Shown piece by piece: positions 12,201 to 25,259 of a stretch of 64,000 nucleotides of DNA. Each line of letters begins with the position of its first letter. Position 1 is the stretch's first letter. The DNA is from Trichoplax adhaerens (lineage: Eukaryota; Animalia; Placozoa): NCBI RefSeq assembly GCF_000150275.1, contig NW_002060945.1:2813172-2877171 (forward strand), in the 5' to 3' direction. The notes beneath the pieces are model-generated. The model saw only the letters and a list, made by a program, of their open reading frames with translations. It had not been told where the DNA came from and made no database searches. The position numbers and the translations under genes are program-made.

Positions 12201-15200
12201 AAATTTTCGGAATGTATTAAAATATCTAGCTACCAATGTTTTAACCACAGCCAGCTTAGTTGCCTATCAAGAAGGGAAAGATACTACTACGGTAGCCTAT
12301 GATCCTAATAAATTATTTATTAAAATATTTTGAAGCTTTACAATGATATCGGGTCATTAAAAGCTAATTGTGAGTCGTGAAATAGTTGATTAGCTGTTAT
12401 TGGTTAGATAAAGAGTCACGTTGTGAAACTCCGCTCCTTGAGATACGACTTTAGAACATTAAAAATCAGCTGGAGCTATATCCATTTTTAAGTAATTGCC
12501 GAGCAATGATAGGAAGCGTAAAGTATATTACCTAGAACAATCCGTAGCGTAGCAGTAAAGTTACTGACTATCCTAGCAAAATTTTAATTAAATGCCATTA
12601 AAGAATATCAAGATCCCTAATCATTAGAAAAGAGAACGACTTCATAAGAATACATTGGTAATTTGATACCGAATTATAAAATTGATACAGTAAATCATTT
12701 ACAGAACTACCTAAGGATGAAATAGAATAAAAATATATATTTTTCACTATATCTTTCGGTTTGACTATCTAGTTGTGAGGACTTCGATTTTATCGAACAT
12801 TATTTTTTCTTAAAAGTAAAGCGCCACGATAATGTCAATTTGAATTGATAGCATCTATATTAATATTAACTCACGAAGTATTAAGTAAGTAAGTAAGCTA
12901 TTAAATGTACTTTCATCTAGAAGTTACTAATAGTGAAAAAGTTACAGAAAATGGAACTTAATAAAAAATCGAATGAAAATATCTTTAAGTCAAAATCTTA
13001 CTTCTTACAATAAAACTTCTTTCAGATTCGGTAGACGATAAAACATTACATTTAAGGCATTAGATTCGCTTATTTATCATCCTCACTTCTTTATTTTTTA
13101 TTAGAAATATCAATGATGATATTCAGTTAGATGATAAATAGATTATTGTATCTATACAGTTATTTTACACGAAATAATCAGCTCTGGATCTGTTGGTGAC
13201 AAGTTAAGTAAATAAAAGTTGATAGTTTTTCGAATATTGAAAGTTTATGTCTATTTGCTCATTTCACTTTCAACTGACATAGCTAAAATATGATATGACT
13301 TAAATAACAGCTTGACATGATTGTCGTATTGTTCTATGTTGGTTAGTATATTGTAAGTAGTTTTATTCATACCATTGTTTCAACCAGGTTACAGTAGATT
13401 GTTTGATTTTAAATAATGGTGACACCTATTTTCTTATAACTTCTGAGTTGATAAATTTAAATCCTAACTTTTTATTCGCAGCTTTGCTTAATATTTAGTC
13501 TTAAATTAATCAAGCTATTAAATGTATAAGGTGTTTTAACTTACGGTTGTATAAATTTGAGATCCCGTTTAAATGTTGATAATGATGCCTAGTGTAGAAA
13601 GTGATAGGTGCTACTACTATTAGGTAGTACTTTTAAATTCATATGTGTAAAGATTATGCAGGAGATTAATAGTACTTTCTGTACAAGCGGTATCGCATAG
13701 TACATTATAGAATTTTTCCTAAATACTAGTTAATGCAATCTAAGTTGAATTTGTATAAAATGAATTAGTAATGTAGCGTTTGATTACTGCTATAGATAGT
13801 ATCGTAGCATTCATAGTCTTTAACCTTAAATTATGTTATAATTAATATTTTGCTAAAAGGTTTAACTGAAATCGTGTAGTAATTTTTCATATCAATGATT
13901 CTGAGTTAGCTGATTTACAGTATTGTAAATGATATTTCTTACCCACAATTTTTATGACGTTGTCAATCAAAATTTACCTACTGTAAGAAGTTCTCGGGCA
14001 AATGTAGAGATAGCATATTAGCAAAGTATAGAACTTTATTAAGACTTATAAGTGCGAACTAATAAAATATGACAGCAACGGTGATATACAGTATATAATC
14101 TATCATGGAGTATTCTAAAACTTATTAGTAGTTATTATAATATACATAGAATGAGTATTCTAGAAGGCTCTACAGGCATGTGAGGTTCGAATACGTGTGC
14201 ATCTAAGACTAGCTCTTACCAAGTCACTCTACCGATACTATGATACCTACACAAATTGATCAAAGGTCAATGCTTTATTTAAGAAAATGATCAATCCTTC
14301 CATTGAATTAATGCACGTAGTCATTTTGAATCAAATATCGACAACATCTTAACGCAAGTATAGAATTTTAATTAGATACTGTAGGTTATAAAGTTTAGCA
14401 TTAAAACATCATCGTATGCTAATCAGTCTTAATAAAGTAAAATTAAATGTTAGAGTTGATAGTTGATTGTTTTCTCTAAGAGTTGATTATGCTCCGTGAG
14501 TTCGCAAGTCAACTTGGAAAAATGGCTTGAAAATTGAATAAGAAATTTATGACTAATATGTAGTTAGTTCCTTATTCACTTAAAGCAGTTTAGTTAATGT
14601 TTCATTTTGAAAATTAACTGAGACAGTAAATATAGCTTGCAGCTTATGATGTACATTCTTAAATGTTGAATTGCATACTCTATCATTTCGTTTGGATAAT
14701 ATAGATAGGTTAGAACCTTTGAAAGAGAAAGTGGATGAGACTACTGCAACTACGGAATCCAAGCCCAAAGTGATTAAAGGCCGGGATATTTTCCAATATT
14801 TAGTTAACTGGATGCTGAGTAACCAGTGAAACCTAATAAAGCTTACAATAGGTATCTTTTACTTCATTATCTAACTTTGTCAAGAATGTCTTTGCTTCAT
14901 AATTTGATACAGTGTTACTGAAATATTACCAGACGGTATATGGTTACGTCGACCGGCTATTTTTAAAATGATTCCTTCTTCAAAATTTGATATTTTAAAA
15001 TGACAGGATCGAATGATTCATTAACTTTAAAATTCATCAAGGCGATATTCAGCATTATTATTCTTCGTTAGAGAACATATAAGAACAGTATCGCAGTTTT
15101 AAAATATTGTTATCAAAATTGTCTGAGTACTATTCAATTGAGACTGGAATTAAATCAAATTTATAAATTACTACGACGGATGATAACTTAATTTATTTTG

Positions 15201-15228
15201 AATTGAGACCATCAAATTTAATAGTGAA

Positions 15229-16269
15229 ATGGAATTAAGTAACATGAGCAATACTACAATTCAATCTTTAAGAGTCATTAAAATAAATTCCTTAGTCTTC
15301 TGCATCATCTTCTTGGCTATGGCTAGCACTGGAATGATATGGAATTTTGTGCTTTTTCGCACCATTTATAAACTCAAAAGATATCATTCTCCAACATTTA
15401 TTTTAATGGCTCACATGTCTCTTTCTGATTTCATTTGTCTAACAACTAATTTCTTATATATATTTATTAGTACTATATCTAGCTATATCGGTATATCCTT
15501 AATTTTACTTAGCATTTTATGCAAGATTCTCATTTTTATTGCCGTAATTGCCTATACAACATCAACACAATTGTTAATTGCAATCAGTTTCGATCGATTT
15601 AATACAATTGTCCAAGCGTCACATCAACATACTATTCCCTATTTTCGTAAAGGTAATAACCTTCGAAATTCTATTTTAGTCATTTGGTTAGCGGGTATTT
15701 GCATGGCTCTACCTCAAATTTGGTTGATTGATGTCAACCCACGATTTCCATATACTTGTGATAATCGAGAAATTCATTACATATTTAATATCTTTTATTA
15801 TTCATTGGGATTTGTTACTATTTATTTAATTCCATTCATCATTATGGCGTTATTTTATGCTAAAGTAATTTTATTTCTACGTTCATCTTTTGGAGTCAAT
15901 CAGGATAAATTCAATTATCTGCAGCGGAAACAGGAAGAGCATAAGAAGAAGGAGATTGTTCACATGTTAATAATAGTAACAGTCTTATTTATGCTTTTAA
16001 CCTTTCCCTTTGCTATCATGCTAATGATATTATCATTAATTGGTAAAACTCTAACTCGTATTATATTATATTCTCCACATTATGTTATATATATGATGCA
16101 GATTGCATATGGATTATCAATTATAGTTTGTTTGCAAAGTCCAGTCTGTTATATTATCTTTAATGCACAGCTCCGTCAAGATATGATTAGCTACGTACGA
16201 CAGTGTTATTCATTTACAATCTTCAGAAAAGGGAATTTAGTTATGGTCACTAGTCACAACTCTGTTTAG
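15229..16269 (+). CDS. Orphan rhodopsin-family GPCR, intronless, 346 aa; paralog of 6395-7627
   Basis: 7TM pattern; MSLSD, SFDRFNTIVQAS, IWLAG, LIP, TFP, LQSPVCY..NAQLRQDM. Shares FRTIY, PTxILMA, DRFNTIVQAS, PYxC and RQDM blocks with the upstream GPCR. Confidence 0.92.
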   Translation: MELSNMSNTTIQSLRVIKINSLVFCIIFLAMASTGMIWNFVLFRTIYKLKRYHSPTFILMAHMSLSDFICLTTNFLYIFISTISSYIGISLILLSILCKILIFIAVIAYTTSTQLLIAISFDRFNTIVQASHQHTIPYFRKGNNLRNSILVIWLAGICMALPQIWLIDVNPRFPYTCDNREIHYIFNIFYYSLGFVTIYLIPFIIMALFYAKVILFLRSSFGVNQDKFNYLQRKQEEHKKKEIVHMLIIVTVLFMLLTFPFAIMLMILSLIGKTLTRIILYSPHYVIYMMQIAYGLSIIVCLQSPVCYIIFNAQLRQDMISYVRQCYSFTIFRKGNLVMVTSHNSV

Positions 16270-17298
16270 TCAAAATGATAGCTTACTATTGCTATACAAT
16301 GTAAATTATTTACTAACTTTACTGGCTTTTCTGTTATGGTACAACCCTCAAATAGATAAATAGATTGTAAGAAACCACTGAGTGATTTGTAAAGGTATAA
16401 GATTGACACTCTTATACGAGATCATAGATTCTCTGAAATCTCAAGATTGTATTAAGCGCATATCCGCGCTAAATAGTTACTGTAAATGTTGAAGGTTTGA
16501 TTAGAAATATTTTATTATTAAGGTGGTTTGACGGAGTAAATGTTACGGTGTTACCTTACCGTTAGCATAGTTTGATAAGTACAGTAGTAGATAATATAGA
16601 AGATATCCATATTTGTACTAATAGGTAAGATAAGTAATATCTTAATTTGGATATTATTTGTGATAGTTTATTACATATTTGATATTAATTGTAATTGTGT
16701 GATGTATAGTGGTAAGATAATTCAAGTTCTAGTACTACCCACCGTCCCTTGAAACGAGCATCGCGGGGTTATTTATACTACTGTTAGATGGCTGTGATTA
16801 TGGGTTCATTTCAATAGGTCAGTATAAGATTCTTACAGTAATTTTTACCTCAAGATTTCTTCATGTAAAACGAATAGCTCTAAGGTAGTAATTTCTGCAG
16901 AGTACTGATTATTAAAATAGTATTCGTTATATCGCTAAGGGTGGCCACTGGGCCTTTAAATTTTGGTTTCATGTAATATTCTGATGAAAATTGAATAAAC
17001 ATAGAATCTTTATACAGTTTTCTACATAGCCATTTTGATTGTTAAATTTTCTTATAAAGGTTGCTATCGACAGAGCAAGTTTTGCTTGCATACTCAAGCA
17101 ATCCTTAGACATATTATAATGATAGGCATAGAATTGACCACAGTACTAAGGACATCGTACCGCACTGTAGATATCTTACAGTACCTGCTAATGTTAACTT
17201 GGTATGTCCATCACCGTACATTAGTTATCATAATGTGCTTTGGACCATTAACTAATCTTTATATAGCATTTCTGGTGATACTTGTATGATTTGTAACA

Positions 17299-17695
17299 GG
17301 CAAAGTTTCTATTTGTGGACTGATAAAAGCCGAAATTATCTTCACTGGAAACATAACCTGGAGCGCTCCATTGGCCCACTTGCGTCACTGGAAGATTGCG
17401 TATATAAATGACACAAACAGCTAGCCACAAAGTGAAGAAACTTATTTCTATAAGTATAGCCACGAATATTAACGTAATCAACTCGGAAACACATCTAACT
17501 TTCAGCTAGAATACGTAAAATCTTGATGTTATTAAGTGAACTTTGCAAGTAATCACGAGCACTTGATGAAATTGGAAGAGAAAGATGTAGGAAATTATAA
17601 GTTGACCACCAAAGGGTGCGGTCACTTAAATATTAGTGACGATTGTATGTATTCTGCATTTGAAGGTGGCTCATTCGATAGAATGTCCGGTTAAT
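17299..17695 (+). pseudogene. Possible relic of a pepsin-family (A1) aspartic protease C-terminal lobe
   Basis: Ordered fragments across frameshifts: GKVSICGL...FTGNITWSAPLAHLRHWKI; VINSETHL (cf. IIDSGTSL, with D>N and G>E each a single-base change); GNYKLT...DDCMYSAFEGG (cf. DDSCTSGFEG). Confidence 0.4.
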
Positions 17696-19181
17696 GCGTA
17701 TATTTTTATGATTCACAAGAAGGTTGAATGCAAATGATCGATCAATATTCGGTTTGTGTGCATTTTCTAGCGAAAATGACTCAATTAGTGTCCAGGCATA
17801 ACCAGGTTGTGAGTCAAAATCAAACATCCAGCTATAGCTAATCACTATATAAAGAGCCATATCCAAATTTGGATACAATTAACTAAAAGCGCTAAGCACT
17901 TTATTAATAAATCTCGCTCATTTTCGCTTACCAGATTCAGTAAATATAGAATATCTACATTATTGACGTACAAACTACTTATTTTACGACTTTACAAGTA
18001 TACCAATTAAGTTAATATACGGTAATATCAGAATAAGTGAATAATCACATAAACTGTTATAAAATAGTTTTAAAAGTTTTATTTGGTGTTATATTAATGC
18101 AATAGCGGATTTATATCAGGCTCAAGAAGTTATGATTGTAGTAATCAACCTTATCTAAATTATGATAAGGCAATTTCGCAATTATTTATACATGTAATTA
18201 CATGAGTAGTAAGTCAGCTAATATACAAATCAGGTAAAAAGAAATATAATAATCAAGAAATCAAAAGATAATAGCATAAATGCTATAATATAAAATACGT
18301 AAGCCGACGTTTTGCAACTGATAGAGAGAGGAGGAGTTAGTAGTTAGTTTTACAAAACTTGGACTAATAGTGCAAATTCCTGTCTCCAATGTTAGTTGAC
18401 AGCAGTATGAACCTTTAATCAGTACGATAATCTGTCTGTTTCGTTAGTGTGCATTTTAAGAGCAGAATATAAATCTTCTCTCCACTTAAAATGCTACAAT
18501 ATACAAGTATTAATATTATTATCAGCGCATTAAAGAGAAAAATATTAGTCAATTTTTTCACAGTCTGCCAGTTAACTGCAGACATATATATGAGTAGTAA
18601 AGGATGATAAGGCTCGTAGTTTAATTATTGGTGCTTTAATAAGTCCTTGCGCTCTCAATTTGCAAAATTTGTGAGCTAAAATAAATAGCTTAAGAAAAAA
18701 TTCAAGTAATTATAGACAAATTTGTTGGAAATTGAGCTAATGAGTGTAAATTATTACTGGGTTGAAGGAAACACAATTTCAAGATGAGTCATGCAGTAAA
18801 AGCGATCTTTGATAATATGAATTATTCCTAATCACTATACTGTCGTTTTCTCTAAAATCCTGAATTATGAATATGTTTGATCTATAGATAAGTTTTAGTT
18901 ATTGCTAAACCGAAAATATAATTAAAATTAAAATTTCAAGTTGTTAATGTCTAGATTAGTTAGCAAATATTAGAGGCAAGTCGTGTAGTATTACCAAATT
19001 ATAAATTGATAGTTTATGAAATGATTATTTCCCTTAATTTGCTATTGATTTAGCTTTAACATGGAATATTTCAGTATAAGATACCTCATTAATGGAAAAA
19101 TAAGCTATTGTTATTATCTACAAATTGCATAAGTATGTTTTTAGTCAATTTTAGTTACAAATAGGATTTTTAGTACTTCAT

Positions 19182-22100
19182 TTAGTCGCTTAAATTTGCT
19201 GGAAGTGAAACCGACTTCTTAGCTCGGAACAGTTTAGAAGTCTGCTGAGAGCTATTCTTATCTAGATAAGCAAATAGAGCGTAGCAATTTTGGTAATCTG
19301 ACTTATTTTAATTCTTCATTCACTTTATAAAAACACGCGAAAAGTTTACTATTAGTTATCAGCATAATTTAATATATCATATCCTGTCAAAGATTGTAAA
19401 ATTTATTGAATTACCAGCTAAACGAGAGACCAACCATGTAAACGGAACCTTTAGACTATCTTTTTCGTCGTATATTATTTCAAATATTTTTACTAAGAGG
19501 AAAAATTTCAATGTAATGGCGCAAGATTAGCATTTAAAATAATTTTATAGAAAAGCGACGATCTATTTATATCATTTTGGCTTTATGTTTATGTCAGCTA
19601 CAAGTATAAATGATTTAATAAGCATTTCCAAGTACTGTCACCATCACATCTTGAACTATCATTTCTAATACCCTTCATTAATGTTAAACTCATGCAATAC
19701 CCTTTGAAGTATATTTAGACTTCACTGCAGTCTTTAGCTCACATTCTTAAATATAGATGTTTTATATTGTACCGAAAATAGATAGCTATACAATCTATTT
19801 CTACTATACTCAAATATAGCTTGTCATGATTAGTTATTTATAGCACCTATAGTCTTCGCTGTTTTCTACAACCATTTGCTGTTACTCAGTCTGTTTATGG
19901 CAAATGTCATATTCAATTCTACTATCGTGTTCTCTGCATGTGATCTATCGCTTAATCTATAAATACTGATGATTTCTGCCTCAGATTTGTCAGTTACACT
20001 ATTCGTAGCAAAAGTACTTCCTTACGTTACTCCACGACAGCTTACACGCTGATCTAACGTAACTACCGCATTGTACCTCCATTTCTATCTATAATAAAGC
20101 ATTCACTTTATCAAAACCCCTTGCATATTTTATGTGAATGCCTACTAAGTCAGCAGTCGCTGATTCTTCGAACCTTCCATCATATCCTTACCTTTACAGT
20201 CTCTTGAAGATGAATTAATCGAACTCTTTGAAACCTGTCTCTGATGTGATAAATCTGATTTCGTACCAACAATAAGCATAGGCATCTAATAGATATTCAC
20301 ATAATTAATTGAGATCAATTACAATAAATTAAATTGAATTATTAAATAAAAGTTATACTATGGCTTAAATAATCTTACATCATTTCCCCTGATTTTAGCT
20401 GTTTCTGTTTTTAATCTTTTAGCAAGTTCAAAGGAAGCTATGGAATCAAGGCTAAAAACAAATATCGCTGCCTGAAAAGTAAATCAAACATTTGTGCAAT
20501 TGTAAAGGAATGAATGGTCACTTTTATTTTTTAAATCGATTTCTACTTTTAAATTAAATAATAGATAAAAATTATAATATTGAAATAGTAATTAGCTATT
20601 CTGAAGCTCTGATGACAACAATCCAGAATAATTTGTTATTACAAAGTCAAGATTTAAGGCTGACCCGGAAAAATGGCTTTAAATATTGACTCCCTACTCT
20701 CGATTTTAAACTTCTTTTACTACTTCAATAACTACAGCGTTAGTCTTTCTATTAGTGTTTCTCTTACAACATCATATGTTAATTACTAAACAGAAGCCAT
20801 TGATTAATAATATATATCATACACAGTACTGAAATACATACGCGTATATTGTATGGTACTCAGTGAACAAGTCCAGCCAATATCACGAGTAGCGTGTTCG
20901 ACTAGTAATTGTAACTTAATATATGACTGACTGTAATCATGCTTATTTTTCTTGAAATTTCATCGTTCAAAATAGTAAAAAAAATAGTGCTTAACTACAA
21001 TAACGTAACATAATTGCCAAATCCCATCAAATTTTTCTTACGTCAGCTGTTGCTAAATAGTAATTTGGTACGGACGAGGTTTCATCGTCCTAAAAAGGAA
21101 TATAATCCGCTTCATTAAAAATAAATCGGCTGCCGATGGCAACATTTTCTTCAAATCAATATTGCAATAATTACTGATACATTGCTACACTAAAATTTTA
21201 TTACAGTAAATAATGTTCAGATCAATCAATTATAACATCTACAATATCTTTGATTGCAGAAAGCACCTTAGCCAAATAGATAAAAGCTTACTGATTTCTT
21301 AACATAGCTTAGATGGTATTATAATTCACGGATACTTATTAACAGACACTGGTGCAAGTAGTTTATTAAATTGCAGGGTGAACTATAACTTAAAAAATTA
21401 CAGTTTACTGTAGCTATTTAACAACTCATAAATAAAATGACTTGAATAGCTCACCAGACCACCGGTGTCAAATAAACTGATTCGTTCTTTAATTCCTCGA
21501 TCAGATTCTAGTATAATGTCATAGATATCTTCAATAGTAGTATAAGGTTCCTAATATATTAACAGAGTATCGCAATGTTAGTATACACATATTAGACATT
21601 CAGCTATTCCATAAAACAGCTTATTTGCGATATATTCTGTATACTATATAGTCAAGGATAGAGCTCAGTTTAATCTTTGTATGGCTTGGTTGAAAAGATT
21701 TTCTTTCCCTTTATTAAATATACATATAGTAATAAAACAAACTCGAAGACTTACTCCATTGACTACGTTTGAAAAAAATTCTGGTAAATAAAAGGAGTGT
21801 ACATCGATGCTTTCACTGTAATAAACGATAAATATCTGCCCCAATGTAAGCCATGTAATAATGCTTGTACTTAACCTAAATTTTGTAATTATTAGAATGA
21901 ACTTTAAGCACGTTGCTTCACTAATGATTTATCATATTGTGCCATGATAACCTATAATCGGCCCAATTTCTTCTTTTAAAATTATGCTTAACTAATGAAA
22001 AATTCTTGCTAAGTGCGGTAACAAAACATCTCTACAAAACTTCTTTACTGTAACAGTGTGAATAATTTTTTTGTTTCTGTTGTTACAGTATTTAAATTCG

Positions 22101-24760
22101 ACAAATAATATAAATCTTAAACTAATAATAAGTAGAATAAAGGAATTATGAGATTGTAATCTAATTCCTTTAAACATGGCGAACAATAATACAACAATCA
22201 TTGATTAATGAGAGCATAAAGGCCCATTTTCTGGCTTTGATATCAACCAACATTCAGTAATTGCAATTGCATATACTTTTTGTGTATCTGAAGATGATTT
22301 TATGATCAAATAAAGATAGTTAATTAAATTTATTTATTGCTAATTTATACAGTGGAACGATCATGCGTAGTGCCTTGAATTTGGTTGCAAATTTATCGTT
22401 GATGGAAAAATAAAATGTCAAAGGTAGAGAGTAATAGAAATACGTTAATAAACGTTGTGTACAATGTAACACTATACATAGGCTTAGCAATGAGATCAAC
22501 TTTTAAATGTCAATTACTACGGGCGCATTCAAAGGATAACTATGCTGGAAGTTAAGCCATTATTTAAGGGATTAGTAGATACTATTACCGTAGTAATGGC
22601 TTCTTAGTCTAACAAACCGGTAGTAATTCATTACAATCATGTCATCTCTTGAGACTTCTAGTTTGGAGTTGGGATAATAACGAACCATTCCGCTGCATTA
22701 TTCATGAAATAGGATAAAATATATACTTGATACTCTTTCCATCTGCCAACTTACTAAAAGACATATTAGGTTCTACGTGCGATATCTCAACTTAAAATCA
22801 TATTGTTTATAAGCCTGAAAAGAAATACTAAAACCCAAGGTAAAGTAATTTGCTCCAGAAACTATGCGATCATTTGTAATGGCTTAAAAATTAAAAAGAA
22901 ATAACGGAATCGAAAAAATAAAGCACAGTATATCACCACAAGATGAAAACGAATCAATTTCTTTTCTAAAATTTTCAGAAGATACACAAACTATCTACAT
23001 AACAGAATTTACAAGCACAATCCCAACTCTATCAGGATTGCCTGACTTAGATGGACCGCAGAAATTGGGATTATTAAAAACATTAGTACCTTAAGTTAAT
23101 GAAAAATTAAGATAGGTTCCTGATCCATCATTCGATTCCCAGAACAAAATAAATTAACTTTCTTAAAGCTCGTTCACAATAAAACTGAGATGAACTAGAA
23201 CGGTCCATCAATCCTAAGCAGACAATGCAGAAACAAAATGAATAGCCCCATGTGCATGTATTAAAACTGTTCTCGCTAAATATTCGATTATAGGTCCAGT
23301 ATACCATCACTCCTGAATTATTAAGACAGAGAGAGACGGCTACTACGATCTCATCAATCTAGGGAACAAATAAGAAAATATTTTCTCCTCTTTCCTTACA
23401 TTCTACCATTTTTTGTTGCCAATAATAAGATTGAGTCATGCTTCGCTAGTAAAATCATGGATATTAGCATGTAATACCACTCCTCAAAAGACATCAGTAA
23501 TTGTAAGACTTAATTAAAATGATATACATGAAATCATTATCCATTATTCTAAGGGCTTTCATACTTTTTTCAGAAAGTATTTGAAGTTCTATCCCTTCGT
23601 TCACTATAGGAGTATCAAGTGCTAAAGTACCCCTGATTCTATGTATTATCGGTATATTAGCACTAAGCCTGGGAAGCTGCTGCTAATTTTATTTATGGTT
23701 TAAGCTTGTAATAATTGCACCTAATTGTAATGTAACTTAGTATTGTGATTGTAGACTGTTAGCCATGTGTAGTATAATGTACGGTAGATATTTATCCTAA
23801 GAGATATTTGGTAGCTGTAACTATAGACTGTAGTGGTAGAGACTCTATGCTAGAGTACAGATGACTATACACAGTAAGCTGTTGAGTTACTAATATGGCT
23901 ATAGGTAGAAATAGAACTGTAAATCATATATTAGGATATGGTTAATTCATTGTACTTTGGCTGGTGTGAATAATGTCTACGTAAGTACTGTAGTCGTATC
24001 CATATTGGATTAATGATGGTCCGCAGTAGAATAGTCTTACTAAGAATAATTTAACTATGTGTAAAATAAGGTAAAAGGTTGCCATGCGGATTGTAGCTGC
24101 GAATGCTACGAAAAGTATAAAAGCATGCAACTTTAGATTATTCTGTTAGTTCGTTGTAGAAGTCTTTAGAAGTAGTATTCGGCTAGAGTAGAGCTGTGTA
24201 GTTAATCTTTGTATAAGATTCAATAAAGCCCTTATTTTTCTAAAATTTGGAATTTCGTGATTGGTATATATCACACTAATGAAAGTGGTTTTTAGAATAT
24301 GCGTACGTATACAGCTGTATAGTTATGGGAATTGTTAACGTATTGGATGATGCTGAGCTGATGAATTTAACTTTCTTACTATTTCATTAACGAATGTTTA
24401 AAATGTTCTATACTGTAATACTCAAACATACAACAATTATCTTTTCAGCCAAATACGCTTACATTTATATGACAACAGTTTACTGTAAATTACTCTCTTA
24501 GCTGTCGCTAATATTAATTATAACCGCATAGTACGCTATATCAAAAGTCACGAATGAAAATGAAAAATCAGCTTATCAATAACTACCCTCGATCTTAAAA
24601 CACAAAATATGAGGAAAATAGAACATGAGATTGTATTAAGTACTTCACCATATTTCCACCTTCTAACCTGACTAATAGATCCATGAATTAACAAATCGAT
24701 CATCGAAGTCTTGCCAACACCATGGCCACCAAATACATAGATCTTATGGCGTTTTGGCAT
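19182..24760 (-). CDS. NKIRAS: kappaB-Ras (NF-kappaB inhibitor-interacting Ras-like GTPase), 193 aa; exons 24760-24668, 21550-21455, 21089-21042, 20471-20379, 20285-20192, 19492-19415, 19261-19182
   Basis: All introns GT-AG and frame-consistent (582 nt total). P-loop GGHGVGKT; TIEDIY...ESDRGIKERISLFDTGGL (kappaB-Ras signature ETDRGV.E....DTRGL, Leu at the Ras Q61 position); VGTKSD; VKIFEI...SL.VPF..L.SRL; no CAAX box. Confidence 0.9.
22480..23200 (+). pseudogene. Decayed leucine-rich-repeat gene fragment inside NKIRAS intron 1 (antisense to host)
   Basis: Frameshifted LRR units: SITTGAFKG/LTMLEV (about 22510), MSSLET..L..**RTIP, LDTLSI/SANLLKDI, ILFISLKRN, LKTLVP*VNEKLR*VPDPSF, KLTFLKLVHNK (23151-23183; LxxLxLxxN). 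Confidence 0.65.
23735..24290 (-). pseudogene. GPCR pseudogene fragment A1 (TM5-TM7); paralogous to A2 at 28095-29390
   Basis: IRMATFY (cf. IIMALFY of the 15229 GPCR); FTVLFLP-x21-LP with the same spacing as FTLP-x21-LP in the 6395 GPCR; LHMANSLQS (TM7-like). Clear nucleotide similarity to copy A2. Confidence 0.5.
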
Positions 24761-25259
24761 AGTGGCAACCTAATTTATAAGGAAGCTACCTGATAGCGTC
24801 CTAATGCATTTTACTATGATAAATAACTTTAAATTGAGTAGAAATGCGTTTCTTCATTTCATTTAACATCAAATCGATGTTTTTCATGTCTTAAATATGT
24901 CAATTGAATATTAAATACCCCTCCAGCCCATACGACATAGACAATAATAAGTCGCAGCAAACTGTATTTTCTACCGTATCTATTGTTATTTATAATTAAT
25001 GAAATTTACTTGTATTATTTAATATTAATTATCTCCTCAAAAGAGTGCATAGATGTACTAAATTTTCTATTGTTAGATCCAAGGCCAATAATAATATACT
25101 ATTGAATAAATGTAAAGTAAACGACATGGCAACGCCTAATCATATCGGTATCAGTAATAAGCTAATTCTTAATCACGTAACATCCATATTTTTTAATTCA
25201 AAGACAATGTATAAGGCAAGCGTCTCTTTTTTATAAGACTTAGCCTAATCAATTAAATA

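Noticed and set aside
14170-14205. GGTTCGAAT T-loop-like motif suggesting a tRNA
   Set aside because: No cloverleaf, D-arm or acceptor stem could be built.
18420-18495. Candidate terminal exon for NKIRAS (HFKWREDL...)
   Set aside because: Exons 19492-19415 and 19261-19182 give a homologous, correctly sized C-terminus.
24070-24230. Plus-strand Cys-rich reading (GCHADCSCEC; SCDADCSYKYC in the duplicate) as a small secreted peptide family
   Set aside because: Stops and no signal exon; the minus-strand frame matches GPCR TM5, which explains the conservation better.
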